From Gemmatimonadales bacterium (lineage in GTDB: Bacteria; Gemmatimonadota; Gemmatimonadetes; Gemmatimonadales; GWC2-71-9), in NCBI GenBank assembly GCA_035278885.1, contig DATEIR010000064.1, positions 9,351 through 73,350 on the forward strand: DNA of 64,000 bases, read 5' to 3'. Below, piece by piece: positions 27,349-36,692 of the stretch. The translations under genes were made by a program, and so were the position numbers. The number at the start of each line of letters is the position of its first letter. The first letter of the stretch is position 1. A model generated the notes under the pieces. That model worked only from the letters and a program-made list of their open reading frames with translations. It was not told where the DNA came from and searched no databases.

Positions 27349-27802
27349 AGTGCTCGCTCTTGTCGAAGCGGGCCAGCACGTGAAGCACCACGGCCAGCAG
27401 CACGGTGACTCCCACGGCCAGTCGGAAATGCGCCAGGCCCGCGGCCATCCCCATGGCCGCCGTCGCCCAGATCGAGGCCGCGGTCGTGAGGCCCTGCACC
27501 CGGTCCCCGCTCCGGTTCACGAAGATCATCCCGCCGCCTAAGAACCCGATGCCCATCGCGACGGCCTGGACCACCCGGACCGGGTCCGAGTGCCCGGCGC
27601 CGATCTCCGCACTGGCCAGCTCCGCCAGCCCGGTGTAGAGCGCGGCCGCGATCCCCACCAGCATGTGGGTGCGAAGGCCGGCCGACTTGCCCGCGTGCTC
27701 CCGCTCCCAGCCCAGCACGCCGGCCAGCAGGCCCGCCACGAGCACTCGGCCCAGGATGTCGAAGTCGGGATGCACGGCACGCCTCCGGGGGGAGGAGTGC
27801 AA
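27347..27802 (-). CDS. mgtC: MgtC/SapB family membrane protein
   Basis: LLAGVLGWEREHAGKSAGLRTHMLVG and GIGFLGGGMIF are signature MgtC motifs. The start could be a few codons downstream. Confidence 0.75.
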   Translation of the reverse strand: MHSSPRRRAVHPDFDILGRVLVAGLLAGVLGWEREHAGKSAGLRTHMLVGIAAALYTGLAELASAEIGAGHSDPVRVVQAVAMGIGFLGGGMIFVNRSGDRVQGLTTAASIWATAAMGMAAGLAHFRLAVGVTVLLAVVLHVLARFDKSEH

Positions 27803-27834
27803 CGTAGCGCGGCGGTGTGGTTCCGGCGAGCGGC

Positions 27835-28890
27835 TTAGGAGGCGGTGCCGAGCAGGAGGCGGCGCATCGGGTGTCTGGCGTACACCGGCTGCAGGGCGAG
27901 ATAGCGAGCCACCACGCGGGTGCCCGGCACCAGCAGCTCGTAGCGATCCAGCAGCTCGAGGGACGCGGCGCCGGCCGGCATGGTCGCGGTCGTCTGCAGG
28001 TAGTGAACGGCGAAGGCGACCGCCTCCGCCTGATGCTCCGCCGTATTGTCGTGTCCGTAACGGCGCTGGTCCGGGATGGGCGGCACGTCCCGCCAGAGCG
28101 CGCGGAGCTGGGCCGGCGCCCGGGACTGCCAGCGGTGTCCCAGCTCGTGGGCCATGGCGTGCCGGAGCTGCTCCTCGCTCACGATCCGGGCCGGGTCGAG
28201 CGCCAGCGAGTCGCGTCGGCCCACGTACTCACCCAGTCGCCCCGCCTGGCGCCCTCGGAGACCGACCAGGCCGACCGGACGGCTGGGCCGCCCGAACAGC
28301 GCGTAGAGGGTGTCGGCGTAGGGGCTGGACTCGATCCGGCGGGTCACGGCGAAGATGGCGGCACTGTCGTCGGTGGCGGCGAGCGTCGCGCGCGGGGTCC
28401 ACTCCCGCGACGCGAGACTGTCGAGCCAGGCCGGGTGACCCACCATGTCGAGCAGCACTCCGGGAGCGTCGGTCGCGAAGACGCTGCCCTCGACCCGGAT
28501 CATGTAGATCGGATGGGCGCCCTCGTCGGCCACGTAGGCCAGATCGACCGTGGTCGCCCGCCAGGTCCGGCCCTTGCGCGACCGCACCGGCCCGACCAGC
28601 GGCGACGCCTGCACGATCTCGCCGTCGCTCGCGCGAAACACGACCCCCGTGTCGGTGAGGAGGAGCTGCCCCGCGCGAGGTGGAAGCCCCCGGGCAGAGA
28701 AATAGCCAGCGATGACCGTCCCGGCTCGGAGATGGCCGCGGACGCCTTGGCCGGGGGCGTGTGTGGCTTCGGCTCGCACGGTGTCTTCGCCGGCGGGGGC
28801 GTAGCCGGCGGGCGCGACGCGCGGAGCGGAGGCGGCCGGTCCCCCGAGCAGGGCGGCGACAAGGGCGAGCCGAAGGACCGACAGCGTCAA
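27835..28890 (-). CDS. Secreted HExxH zinc-metalloprotease-like protein
   Basis: In-frame TTG at 28890 gives a signal-like start, (M)TLSVLRLALVAALLGGPAASA. It carries an AMAHELGHRW (HExxH) motif. The tracked ORF continues to 29187, but that extension overlaps neighbouring genes. Confidence 0.55.
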   Translation of the reverse strand: MTLSVLRLALVAALLGGPAASAPRVAPAGYAPAGEDTVRAEATHAPGQGVRGHLRAGTVIAGYFSARGLPPRAGQLLLTDTGVVFRASDGEIVQASPLVGPVRSRKGRTWRATTVDLAYVADEGAHPIYMIRVEGSVFATDAPGVLLDMVGHPAWLDSLASREWTPRATLAATDDSAAIFAVTRRIESSPYADTLYALFGRPSRPVGLVGLRGRQAGRLGEYVGRRDSLALDPARIVSEEQLRHAMAHELGHRWQSRAPAQLRALWRDVPPIPDQRRYGHDNTAEHQAEAVAFAVHYLQTTATMPAGAASLELLDRYELLVPGTRVVARYLALQPVYARHPMRRLLLGTAS

Positions 28891-29093
28891 CGCTGCGCCA
28901 CCGTGCTGGGCGAGGCCGCCGCCGGTGCTTCCGTCGCGCTCACCGGATTGACCCAGGTCGTGTCGATCAGGATCGCGGTCAGCAGCACGATGAGCAGAAC
29001 CATCGTGCCCAGGATGACGGCGGCGGTACGCGGCGGGACCGGCGTCAGGGCCTTGGTCGGCAGGGCGGCGGTGGTGCTTGGTTCGGGGGTCAC
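28887..29093 (-). CDS. Hypothetical small single-pass membrane protein
   Basis: One clear TM segment (AAVILGTMVLLIVLLTAILI). Its TGA overlaps the TTG start of the downstream HExxH gene (TTGA). Confidence 0.4.
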   Translation of the reverse strand: MTPEPSTTAALPTKALTPVPPRTAAVILGTMVLLIVLLTAILIDTTWVNPVSATEAPAAASPSTVAQR

Positions 29094-29117
29094 GGTGCGG
29101 GGTCTCGGTTGAGGTGA

Positions 29118-30668
29118 TCAGCCGGGGATGCGGAGGCGCATCCCCGCGCGGAGCGTGTTGTCCTGGTGGATCGCGTTCGCCCGGCAAAGGGCGGGGAGCG
29201 ACACCCGATAGCGGCGGGCGATGGCGGTGAGCGTCTCGCCCCGGCGAACCTTGTGGGTGCGCGAGGCCGCGTGATGGGGCTGCGCGCCGGCGGCCTGCAT
29301 CGCGAGCGCCGACGGGATGGCGACGGTGGGTATCACCAGCCGGGTGCCGGCGGCGGGCCGGGTGGTGCCCTTGAGCTTTGGATTGGCGGACCGCAGGTCC
29401 GCGGTCGAGAGCCGGTAGCGCGCCGCGATGGTGGTGAGCCGCTCCCGTTTCCGAACCACGTGGGTCAGGAAGTGCACCCGCTGGGAGGCCGGCATGGCGG
29501 CATAGGCGCGGGTCACGTCCTCGCCGGTGCCGACCGGCACCCGGACGACGGAGGAGGTCCGCGGCGGCGTGGCCAGCCGCAGGTATTGTGGGTTGAGCGC
29601 CCGGATGTCGCTCAGCGAAGTGCCGGCGAGCCGGGCCACGACATCGAGGCCGGTGGCGTCGGAGACCAGGAGCGAGTCGTAGCCGAAGGGAGCGCCGGCC
29701 GCCGGCGTGAAGCCGTAGCGTGCGGGCTGCTTGGCGATGAGCGCGGCCGCGATCAGCTTGGGCACGTAGTCCCGGGTCTCGGCCGCGAGCAGGTCCGATG
29801 CCGCCAGCCGGAAGAACGCGGCATCGCTGGTGACGCCGGGAAGCTCATCGGCGGGCTCGGCGGTCTCCCCGCTGTCCGCGCTGTCGGCGGCATCGGCCAG
29901 CGACTCGGCGGCCGAGTCCGCGGCCTCGTCGGCGAGGGTGTCGGCGCTCTCCTCGTCCGCCGCGGCGGCGGTGTCCACCGCCGGCTCGGTCCACTGCAGC
30001 TTGCCGAGGCTTCGGGAGACCTTACCGGCGCCGGCGTTGTAGGCAGCGGCCGCGAGATAGAGCGACCCGAAGCGCTCCCGCAGATCCCGGAGGTGCCGGG
30101 CGGCCGCGTCGGTGGCCTTCACCGGATCCCGGCGCTCGTCCACCCAGGTATCCACCCGCAGTCCGTAGCCCCGACCGGTCCCCCGCATGAACTGCCACAT
30201 CCCCACGGCCCGGGAGCGGCTCACCGCTTCGCTGGAGTAGCCGCTCTCGATGAGCGCCAGGTACCCCAGGTCGCCGGGAAGCCCTTCGGCTTCGAACCGC
30301 CGACGGATCATCGGCTCGAAGTGCGACCCGCGCTCGAGAAAGACCGCCATCCGCTCCCGGGCCGGGCCCTGGAAGTAGCGCAGGTAGTACTGCACCCGGG
30401 GATGTTCGGCATAGGTCCGGACGTCGATGTCCCAGCGCACTCCGCTGGCGTCGAACGCCGGGACCAGCACGTCGTCCGGAGAGCCGACCGCGAGGTCCTC
30501 CAGGACTTCGGCGTCGGCGGCGCCGATCTGCTGCGAGGGCAGCGGCTCGACCACCGGCGGGACCAGGGAATCGCCGAACGCGGCCATCGGCGTGGTTGGA
30601 GCGGGAGGAATCCCTGGGGCGCACGCTCCAAGAGCGGCGACTCCGATGGATAGCAGCAGTCGCTTCAT
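29118..30668 (-). CDS. mltD: Lytic murein transglycosylase (MltD-like) lipoprotein with C-terminal LysM repeats
   Basis: Lipobox VAALGAC. SLT domain motifs LALIESGYS, GMWQFM and AAYNAG. Three LysM-like segments (e.g. HVVRKRERLTTIAARY, HKVRRGETLTAIARRY). Confidence 0.85.
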   Translation of the reverse strand: MKRLLLSIGVAALGACAPGIPPAPTTPMAAFGDSLVPPVVEPLPSQQIGAADAEVLEDLAVGSPDDVLVPAFDASGVRWDIDVRTYAEHPRVQYYLRYFQGPARERMAVFLERGSHFEPMIRRRFEAEGLPGDLGYLALIESGYSSEAVSRSRAVGMWQFMRGTGRGYGLRVDTWVDERRDPVKATDAAARHLRDLRERFGSLYLAAAAYNAGAGKVSRSLGKLQWTEPAVDTAAAADEESADTLADEAADSAAESLADAADSADSGETAEPADELPGVTSDAAFFRLAASDLLAAETRDYVPKLIAAALIAKQPARYGFTPAAGAPFGYDSLLVSDATGLDVVARLAGTSLSDIRALNPQYLRLATPPRTSSVVRVPVGTGEDVTRAYAAMPASQRVHFLTHVVRKRERLTTIAARYRLSTADLRSANPKLKGTTRPAAGTRLVIPTVAIPSALAMQAAGAQPHHAASRTHKVRRGETLTAIARRYRVSLPALCRANAIHQDNTLRAGMRLRIPG

Positions 30669-30720
30669 TGCGGCCGATCGTCGAAAGGGTGCGGAGCTGC
30701 GGTAGGGAATCGCGCGCGTT

Positions 30721-30755
30721 CAAACGCACAAAGCGGGCCGCCGGGCGGCCCGCTT
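30721..30755 (-). terminator. Rho-independent terminator downstream of the 30884..33382 gene
   Basis: 10-bp stem AAGCGGGCCG/CGGCCCGCTT (30731-30740 / 30746-30755). On the minus strand it is followed by TGTGCGTTTG. Confidence 0.55.
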
Positions 30756-30883
30756 CAACGTGTTGCGTGACAGTGACTTGGCTTAGGGTTGGAAGTGCTG
30801 CTCAGCCCGGCCTCGGGCAAAACCCGGGTGGCGCCCGCAAATCGCCCGCGCGATGCTCGCTCAAAGGGCGCCGAGATTCGGCA

Positions 30884-33382
30884 TCAGTAGGGCAGTCCGG
30901 TGGTCAGATACCAGCGCGTTCCTTCCTGTCCATGGGCCGCGGTGAGCGACAGGGCGTAGCGTGCATCGAAGAAGGCCAGCCAGAAGCCGCCACCCGCCGA
31001 CGCATGCACACGGGTGGAGGTGGTACCGTCGGCCCAGACCCGCCCGGCGTCGGCCAGGGCGAGGATGCCGATCTGGGTCGGCACCGTATGGCGGAACACC
31101 CACCCGATCGCCTGCCGGACTTCCGCTCCGCCATAGACCGACGCGTCGCCCGCGAACCGCTGATAGAGGTAACCCCGGAGCGTGTGCTGGCCGCCGAGGA
31201 AGGCGGCTTCGTCATAGGGGAACGCTCCCCATGCGTGCCTCCCGCCGAGGCGGAGCGCCAGCAGCGGCCCGCCCGCGCCGGCGAGAGGCAGGTGGAGCGA
31301 CGCGTCGGCGTGCAGGTCGCCGAAGCTGAGGTCGGCACTCCACACCGGCGCGAACGCCGACGCGCCGACCACGACCCTGGCCTTCGGCTCGGGCCGGGTG
31401 GTGTCGGGCGACTCGGCCGAGAGCTCCGCCGCCGCGCCCAGCCTTCCGAAACCGGTGGCGCCCAGCGGCCGCTCGGCGCCTACCACCTGGGCAGGATCCA
31501 GACTGGTCGTCGTGTAGCGCAGCACCGGCCCGACCGTGAGCCGGGCATGCTCCGTCAAGCTGTACTCGTACGCCGGCGCCAGGCTGAACTGCCATTGATG
31601 GACGTCGTAATCCGACGTTTGGATCGGAGCCGGCGTCTCGTTCCCCAGGCCGGCAAAGCGGACGACCTCCAGCTCGGATGCGCCCAGGTGCAGCAGGAAC
31701 CGGCTCTGCCGGTCGGCGCGCGGGAGGTCGGCGTCGAAGGCGAACCGGAATCCTTCGGCTCCCGTGGCGTATTCGCCGCCCAGCCGCAGCTTGGAGCCGT
31801 AGGGCTCCTTCCGGAACGCGTAGTCGGTCCGGGTGCCGGCGGCCCCGAGCACGATGCCGAGGTCGGGATCGTAGCCGAACCTGGGACCCACGCCCTTGGC
31901 GCTGCCCCAATCGCGGGGAGGAATGCCGGCCTCGATGGGATCCTCGATGTTGAGGTCGCGAGGAATCTCCGGGTCGTGCACGTCGACTCCGGGCCGGTCG
32001 GCGCCGGCCAGCTCGGCAGCGGGGTCGCGGATCACGCGCAGCCGGGTTCCGCCGCGATCGGGACCGGTGACCGTGAGGTGGTCGCCTCCACCGCCGAGAT
32101 AGAGGCGGACCTCGCCGGTTTCGTCGGGGAGGAAGCGCCGCTCGAAGACCGGGGGGCTGCCGGGCTCGTTCCGCAGGGTCAGGGTGAGGCCCCCGTCGCC
32201 CTCGCGCTTCGCGTCGGCCCATTCGGCCTCTCCGCTGGCCACGACGTCCACATCGGTCGCCAGCTGCCGATAGTAGGCGCGGGCCTGCGCCGGCAGGGCG
32301 TCGCGCCGCGCGATGAGGGCCGTGCGAGTGGGGCCGACCCAGTCGCCCTTGAAGGACGCGGGCAGGCCGGCCAGGGCGCTGTCGATCGCGGCGTCGCTGA
32401 TCCGGACCACCAGGTCCGCGGCAACGGAGTCGAAATCGGCCCAGCTCAGTCCGCTGAGCAGGCGACGGTCGAGATCCCTTCCGTTCCAGGTCAGGCCCAG
32501 GAGCTTGGGGTAGGTGGGCTCGAAGATCACCAGCTTGGGATGAGCCTGGCGGGCGAGCTTGAGGAACAGCCCGTCGTATCGGGCGAACGCCTGGTCCCGG
32601 TCCCGCGGGATCGGCCGCCAGAGGGTGCGTCCGTTCCGCTCGACGGCAGCCCACTTCCATTGGTCGCGATGCCGGTCCCAGTCGCCCATGAGCTGGTCCA
32701 TGAGCCTGGCGCGCAGGAAGGCCCGTGCATCCACCTGATGCCTCGATCCGGCGTTCAGGCTGTCGATCAGCTCGTCGCTGTCCGCCACCGCGTCCGCACC
32801 CGCGAAGCCGTCCTTGGGCTTTTCTTCGATGTAACCCAACAGTCCCGCGAACTCCTTGCGGTACTCGCCCAGTGCCGGATCGTCGGGCATCACCACCAGC
32901 GTCGGCTCGACATGGAGCACGCGGGCCGAGCGCAGGAGCCGCGCGGCAACCAGGGGTCCGCCGGGGTAGCCGGCGCTGATGGCGTCCTGCACCAGGCGGT
33001 GCGCCACCGTCTCCCGGAAGATCGGCGGCACCGCGGGGGTCGGATCCTTGTCCAGCGAGCGGAAGACGTAGGTGTTCCCGTCCTCGCCCTTCATGTCCAG
33101 GGAGCGGGTCTGCTGCCCGCCGCCGAGCTCATCCGGCGTGAGTCCCCCCGCGTAGCCGTGCAGATCGAGAACCTTCGCCGTGACCGGCTCGGTCCAGAGG
33201 TCCCGATAGTGCGCGCCGAAGAGCGTCCGGTGCAGGCTCCCCCGCTGGTACTGAGGCCCCGGGACCACCCGGCGGCTTTCGTCGGTGGGCTCCGACGTGG
33301 TGCCGACGGCGGCCCCGTATTCCTGCGGCGCGGCCGCCTGGGGCGCCCCGGCGAGAACGAAGAGGAGCACCAGCGGCTTCAT
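30884..33382 (-). CDS. Secreted protein: novel N-terminal domain (kinase-like DRH/DxD motif) fused to Omp85/BamA-type beta-barrel, paralog A
   Basis: In-frame ATG at 33382 is preceded by GGAGGAGGGG. Signal peptide is MKPLVLLFVLAGAPQAAA. C-terminal third has FLGGQHTLRGY (Omp85 loop-6-like), ALADAGRVW and a terminal ...TTGLPY. The N-terminal ~450 aa is shared with 36693..39281. Confidence 0.75.
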   Translation of the reverse strand: MKPLVLLFVLAGAPQAAAPQEYGAAVGTTSEPTDESRRVVPGPQYQRGSLHRTLFGAHYRDLWTEPVTAKVLDLHGYAGGLTPDELGGGQQTRSLDMKGEDGNTYVFRSLDKDPTPAVPPIFRETVAHRLVQDAISAGYPGGPLVAARLLRSARVLHVEPTLVVMPDDPALGEYRKEFAGLLGYIEEKPKDGFAGADAVADSDELIDSLNAGSRHQVDARAFLRARLMDQLMGDWDRHRDQWKWAAVERNGRTLWRPIPRDRDQAFARYDGLFLKLARQAHPKLVIFEPTYPKLLGLTWNGRDLDRRLLSGLSWADFDSVAADLVVRISDAAIDSALAGLPASFKGDWVGPTRTALIARRDALPAQARAYYRQLATDVDVVASGEAEWADAKREGDGGLTLTLRNEPGSPPVFERRFLPDETGEVRLYLGGGGDHLTVTGPDRGGTRLRVIRDPAAELAGADRPGVDVHDPEIPRDLNIEDPIEAGIPPRDWGSAKGVGPRFGYDPDLGIVLGAAGTRTDYAFRKEPYGSKLRLGGEYATGAEGFRFAFDADLPRADRQSRFLLHLGASELEVVRFAGLGNETPAPIQTSDYDVHQWQFSLAPAYEYSLTEHARLTVGPVLRYTTTSLDPAQVVGAERPLGATGFGRLGAAAELSAESPDTTRPEPKARVVVGASAFAPVWSADLSFGDLHADASLHLPLAGAGGPLLALRLGGRHAWGAFPYDEAAFLGGQHTLRGYLYQRFAGDASVYGGAEVRQAIGWVFRHTVPTQIGILALADAGRVWADGTTSTRVHASAGGGFWLAFFDARYALSLTAAHGQEGTRWYLTTGLPY

Positions 33383-34584
33383 ATCCCCTCCTCCTGCGTC
33401 AGCCAGGCCGAGTAGACCTCGGCGCTCTCCCCCTTGGCGCGGGTTCCTTCGCGAACCACCGTGGTGACCGAAAGCCGCACCCTGCCGTCCCGGGTGACGT
33501 CCAGGCGCATGAACCCGGCTGCCTCGCGCGCAAAGAGGGTTCCATCGATGTGGCGCACCAGGCTCGAGTGGCCCAGGATCCCGGCGCCGCTCACCAGCTG
33601 ATAGCCGGCGCGGGTGATGCGGGGCGTCCCCCCGCGGATCACCTGCAGGTTGTGGTCGTGGCCCGAGACCATCGCCAGCGGCGGGTGGTCCTTGAACGCC
33701 TGCTCGAACGCGTCGCGCATCAGCGCGTACTTGTGCCCCGAGATGTCCTGGTTGGAGATCCCGGACTGGCGGGCGAGCGGATACATCGAGCCGATGATCG
33801 GGAGCGGCAGCCACATCCACGACTGGAAGTTGCGGAGCGGGAAGATGTGGTCGCTCCAGGTGAAGAAGCCGCCGTGCTCGCCGCCCGAGCGCAGGGGGTG
33901 GTGGGTGAGCACCAGCGCATGCCGGTCGCCGGCGTCGCGAAGCGCGCCCCGCAGGGAATCGGTCACTTCCTGGTAGGTGTGGGTGGGACACGGGGCGTCG
34001 GGGCCGTACGGCTTCACGTCGTTGTGGACCCACCACTCGCTGTCGAGCACGATCAACCGGAGGTGAGTTCCCAGGTCCACCACTTCGGGGCCGGGACAGC
34101 CGCCTTTGGGCAGCAGCCGGACGTCCTTGGCGCCGAACTTGGCGACCACGGTGTCCATCCGCCGGATCGAGTTCCAGCCGTCGCGGCCCTGCCGGTCCCA
34201 GTCGTGATTCCCCGGGATCAGCAGTCCCTGCGCCTTGCCTCGCCGGATCGCGACCACCTGGGCCCGGATCTTCCGCTCGGCGTCGTCCCGGGTCGGCGAT
34301 CCGAGCGGGGGCACGCCCCGCGGGTAGACGTTGTCGCCCAGAAAGACGACGTACTGCTTCACCGCGCGGAGGGAATCCGACTGCTTGGCCAGGTCCCGAA
34401 GCACCGGCTCGCCGTCGTACGCCTTGCTGCCCGCGTCGCCGATGAGAAACAGGGAGACTTCGATGCTGTCCATCGGTGCGACCGGCGCCGGCGCCGCCGT
34501 GGCGGGCTCGAGCGCGCGGGTACACCCTCCGACGAGGATCGCCGCGGCCAGCGCGGCCCAGCCCGGGCTACGGACGCCAGGCAT
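33379..34584 (-). CDS. Calcineurin-like metallophosphoesterase lipoprotein
   Basis: Lipobox AILVGGC. Motifs LIGDAG, FLGDNVY, PGNHDW, LTHHP and SGHDHNLQ. The stop overlaps the downstream start (ATGA). Confidence 0.8.
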   Translation of the reverse strand: MPGVRSPGWAALAAAILVGGCTRALEPATAAPAPVAPMDSIEVSLFLIGDAGSKAYDGEPVLRDLAKQSDSLRAVKQYVVFLGDNVYPRGVPPLGSPTRDDAERKIRAQVVAIRRGKAQGLLIPGNHDWDRQGRDGWNSIRRMDTVVAKFGAKDVRLLPKGGCPGPEVVDLGTHLRLIVLDSEWWVHNDVKPYGPDAPCPTHTYQEVTDSLRGALRDAGDRHALVLTHHPLRSGGEHGGFFTWSDHIFPLRNFQSWMWLPLPIIGSMYPLARQSGISNQDISGHKYALMRDAFEQAFKDHPPLAMVSGHDHNLQVIRGGTPRITRAGYQLVSGAGILGHSSLVRHIDGTLFAREAAGFMRLDVTRDGRVRLSVTTVVREGTRAKGESAEVYSAWLTQEEGI

Positions 34585-35413
34585 AGGTCGTGAGCGTAGC
34601 GTCCTTGCCCGCGCCCTCGTCGCTGATCAGCAGCGAGAGGTCCGGGGCGATCGCGATGCCTTCCGGCTGCCGGTGACGCTTGGGATCGAGCTTGCCGCCA
34701 CCGAGCACCCGGCCCGCCGCGTCGACCTCGGCATACGCCTGCTCCGGGCCGGCCAGCAGCAGGTAGGTCCCGGTTCGGGGATGGCGGACCAGCGCGGACC
34801 CATGGAAGCCCTTGGTGCCCGTGGCCCGCTCGAGATCGTGCTGGGAGATGACCATTCGCGGCTCGGGCTCGAGCTGCCAGGTCTCGCTGTCGACGCCCAG
34901 CACGATGACCGCGTCGTGCCAGCGGCGGCTCACCACGTTCTTGCACAGGAGCAGGAAGGCGCGGGTCGCCTCGTCCCAGGCGAGTCCCTCGACCTCACAG
35001 GCGCCTTGCAGCTCCTCCGCCACGTCGGCGCTGGAGACCACCGCGCCATCGGCCCCTTCGCTCCCAGCCACGATCTCGCCGCTGCTGGTCACCAGGAACA
35101 CCCGGCCGTTCACCACCTGGATGTCCTCGAAGTCGCCCTTGAGCACGTGCCCCGCCCGGCCCAGCCCGAACCGCTTGACCACCTTGCCCGAGCGCGGGTC
35201 GAGCTCCCACACCAGCGCGTGCTCGTCGCCATGGCCGAGCAGGCGTCCGTCGGCGGTGAAGGCGATGCCGGAGATCTCCCGGAGCTTCTTGTCCAGGTGC
35301 ACCTCCGACGTGGGCTTGCCGGCCAGGTCGTAGTGGGGCAGGGCGGGCTCGCGGCCGCGGGCGGCGGCCATGAGCAGCGCGGCGCCGCCGACCACCGACG
35401 CGCCGAGCCTCAC
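34568..35413 (-). CDS. SdiA-regulated/YjiK-like beta-propeller protein with N-terminal signal/anchor
   Basis: In-frame GTG at 35413 (GTGA overlap with the upstream stop) gives VRLGASVVGGAALLMAAA. Motifs REISGIAFT, CEVEGLAWD and PEGIAIAP are typical of SdiA-regulated domain proteins. Confidence 0.6.
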   Translation of the reverse strand: MRLGASVVGGAALLMAAARGREPALPHYDLAGKPTSEVHLDKKLREISGIAFTADGRLLGHGDEHALVWELDPRSGKVVKRFGLGRAGHVLKGDFEDIQVVNGRVFLVTSSGEIVAGSEGADGAVVSSADVAEELQGACEVEGLAWDEATRAFLLLCKNVVSRRWHDAVIVLGVDSETWQLEPEPRMVISQHDLERATGTKGFHGSALVRHPRTGTYLLLAGPEQAYAEVDAAGRVLGGGKLDPKRHRQPEGIAIAPDLSLLISDEGAGKDATLTTYAWRP

Positions 35414-36468
35414 GGGGCGGTCCCCTGGACCGCCGCCCCGGCGTCGCTGGGGGAATACTCGGTCAGCTGGGGTCCGAGCCGCTCGCGCAGCGCGCCGAGC
35501 AGGGAGTCGGGCCCGCAGCGCTTCTTGAGCCGGACCTGGTAGGTGAGCGTGGGCAGGCCATCCACGCCGGGGTCGTCGGACTCGAGGCCCCAGCGCTTGG
35601 TGCAGTCCTCCAGCACGGCTTCGACGGCGCGTCGGGTCTCGACGTCGGCGGCGGCGTGGACTCGCAGGATGCCCTCCCGTTTCGAAGGTGGCGGGGGCGG
35701 CGCGTCCGCGCCCTCCGTGAGCGGCTTCACCTCTTCCGGCCGGAACCACTCCGCCATCGGCGCGGGATGGCGATCGGTCGCCTTCCCCAGGAGCGTCCGC
35801 AGCACGCCGCCCTTGGCCGGCTGCTCGCCCAGGGCGATGTCCGCGATCACCGGCTGACTGGTCTGCCACTTCCACAGCGCGACGACCACCAGGTTGTAGA
35901 GGCCGGAGAGCGCCGCCGAGGCTTCCAGCGCGCCCACGCCGGCGCCGAGGCCGACCGCGATGGCGATGAAGACGTACATCGCGTCCTTGGTGTCATCCAG
36001 CGAATTGCGGAAGCGCACCAGGCCCGCGATGCCGGCAAGGCTGAAGGCGATCGCCAGGCTGTCCTGCACGATCACCAGAATGGCCGCGACCGCGATAGGC
36101 AGGAGGGTGATGGTGGTGACCACCGAGTGGTCCACCTTGCGGCGCTCGCGCGTGGCCACATAGGCCCAGGCGATGGGCAGCATGAGCAGCAGCGCGCCGG
36201 CCATGGCGACGACCGCGACCAGCCAGCCGCGGCCGCCCCACGCCGCACTCTGCACCGCGCTGCCGAGGGACTTCTCACCTACGGCGGAAAGACGGTCCTC
36301 GAGCGTGGGCGGGCCGCTGAAGCCCCGGGTGATCCGGGCCAGGGCGACCACGGCGGCGATGACCGCGAGCTGAAACAACGCGAGCCACGCCAGGCGCGGC
36401 TTGGGAACGTTCCCCCCGGGGGGCAACTCGGAAGCGTGGCTTGCGCCCATGATGCGCGATCCCTCCAA
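35410..36468 (-). CDS. DUF4956-type polytopic membrane protein with C-terminal soluble domain
   Basis: Several TM segments and GLVRFRNSLDDTKDAMYVFIAIAVGLGAG, which I recognise as the DUF4956 core. The start may be the ATG at 36450 (MGASH...). Confidence 0.6.
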   Translation of the reverse strand: MEGSRIMGASHASELPPGGNVPKPRLAWLALFQLAVIAAVVALARITRGFSGPPTLEDRLSAVGEKSLGSAVQSAAWGGRGWLVAVVAMAGALLLMLPIAWAYVATRERRKVDHSVVTTITLLPIAVAAILVIVQDSLAIAFSLAGIAGLVRFRNSLDDTKDAMYVFIAIAVGLGAGVGALEASAALSGLYNLVVVALWKWQTSQPVIADIALGEQPAKGGVLRTLLGKATDRHPAPMAEWFRPEEVKPLTEGADAPPPPPSKREGILRVHAAADVETRRAVEAVLEDCTKRWGLESDDPGVDGLPTLTYQVRLKKRCGPDSLLGALRERLGPQLTEYSPSDAGAAVQGTAP

Positions 36469-36692
36469 AGAGGTCAGGTAACGCCCACCCCGTCAGCGAC
36501 CGCCGATTGCAGCATAGAAACGAGGCCAATCTACTGCCCCCCTGAGGATTACACTGTGGCAATTGTCACGAGACTGACGCGGGTAGTCGCACGCCGGAGG
36601 GGAGGTGTGGCCCAGCCGCGTCCCACAGTGGAACATAGGCTTGACGCCCGACCGCTCATATCTTTGGGCCGGAAATCTCTCGTGGAGTCGTC

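Noticed and set aside
30596-33415. 939-aa plus-strand ORF
   Set aside because: It is antisense to the Omp85-fusion gene and has no recognisable motifs. The minus-strand product has a signal peptide, conserved paralog and barrel motifs.
33383-34525. Upstream 381 codons of tracked ORF 30884..34525 (apparent 1213-aa protein)
   Set aside because: This stretch overlaps the well-supported metallophosphoesterase gene in another frame. A strong SD plus ATG and signal peptide at 33382 define the real start.
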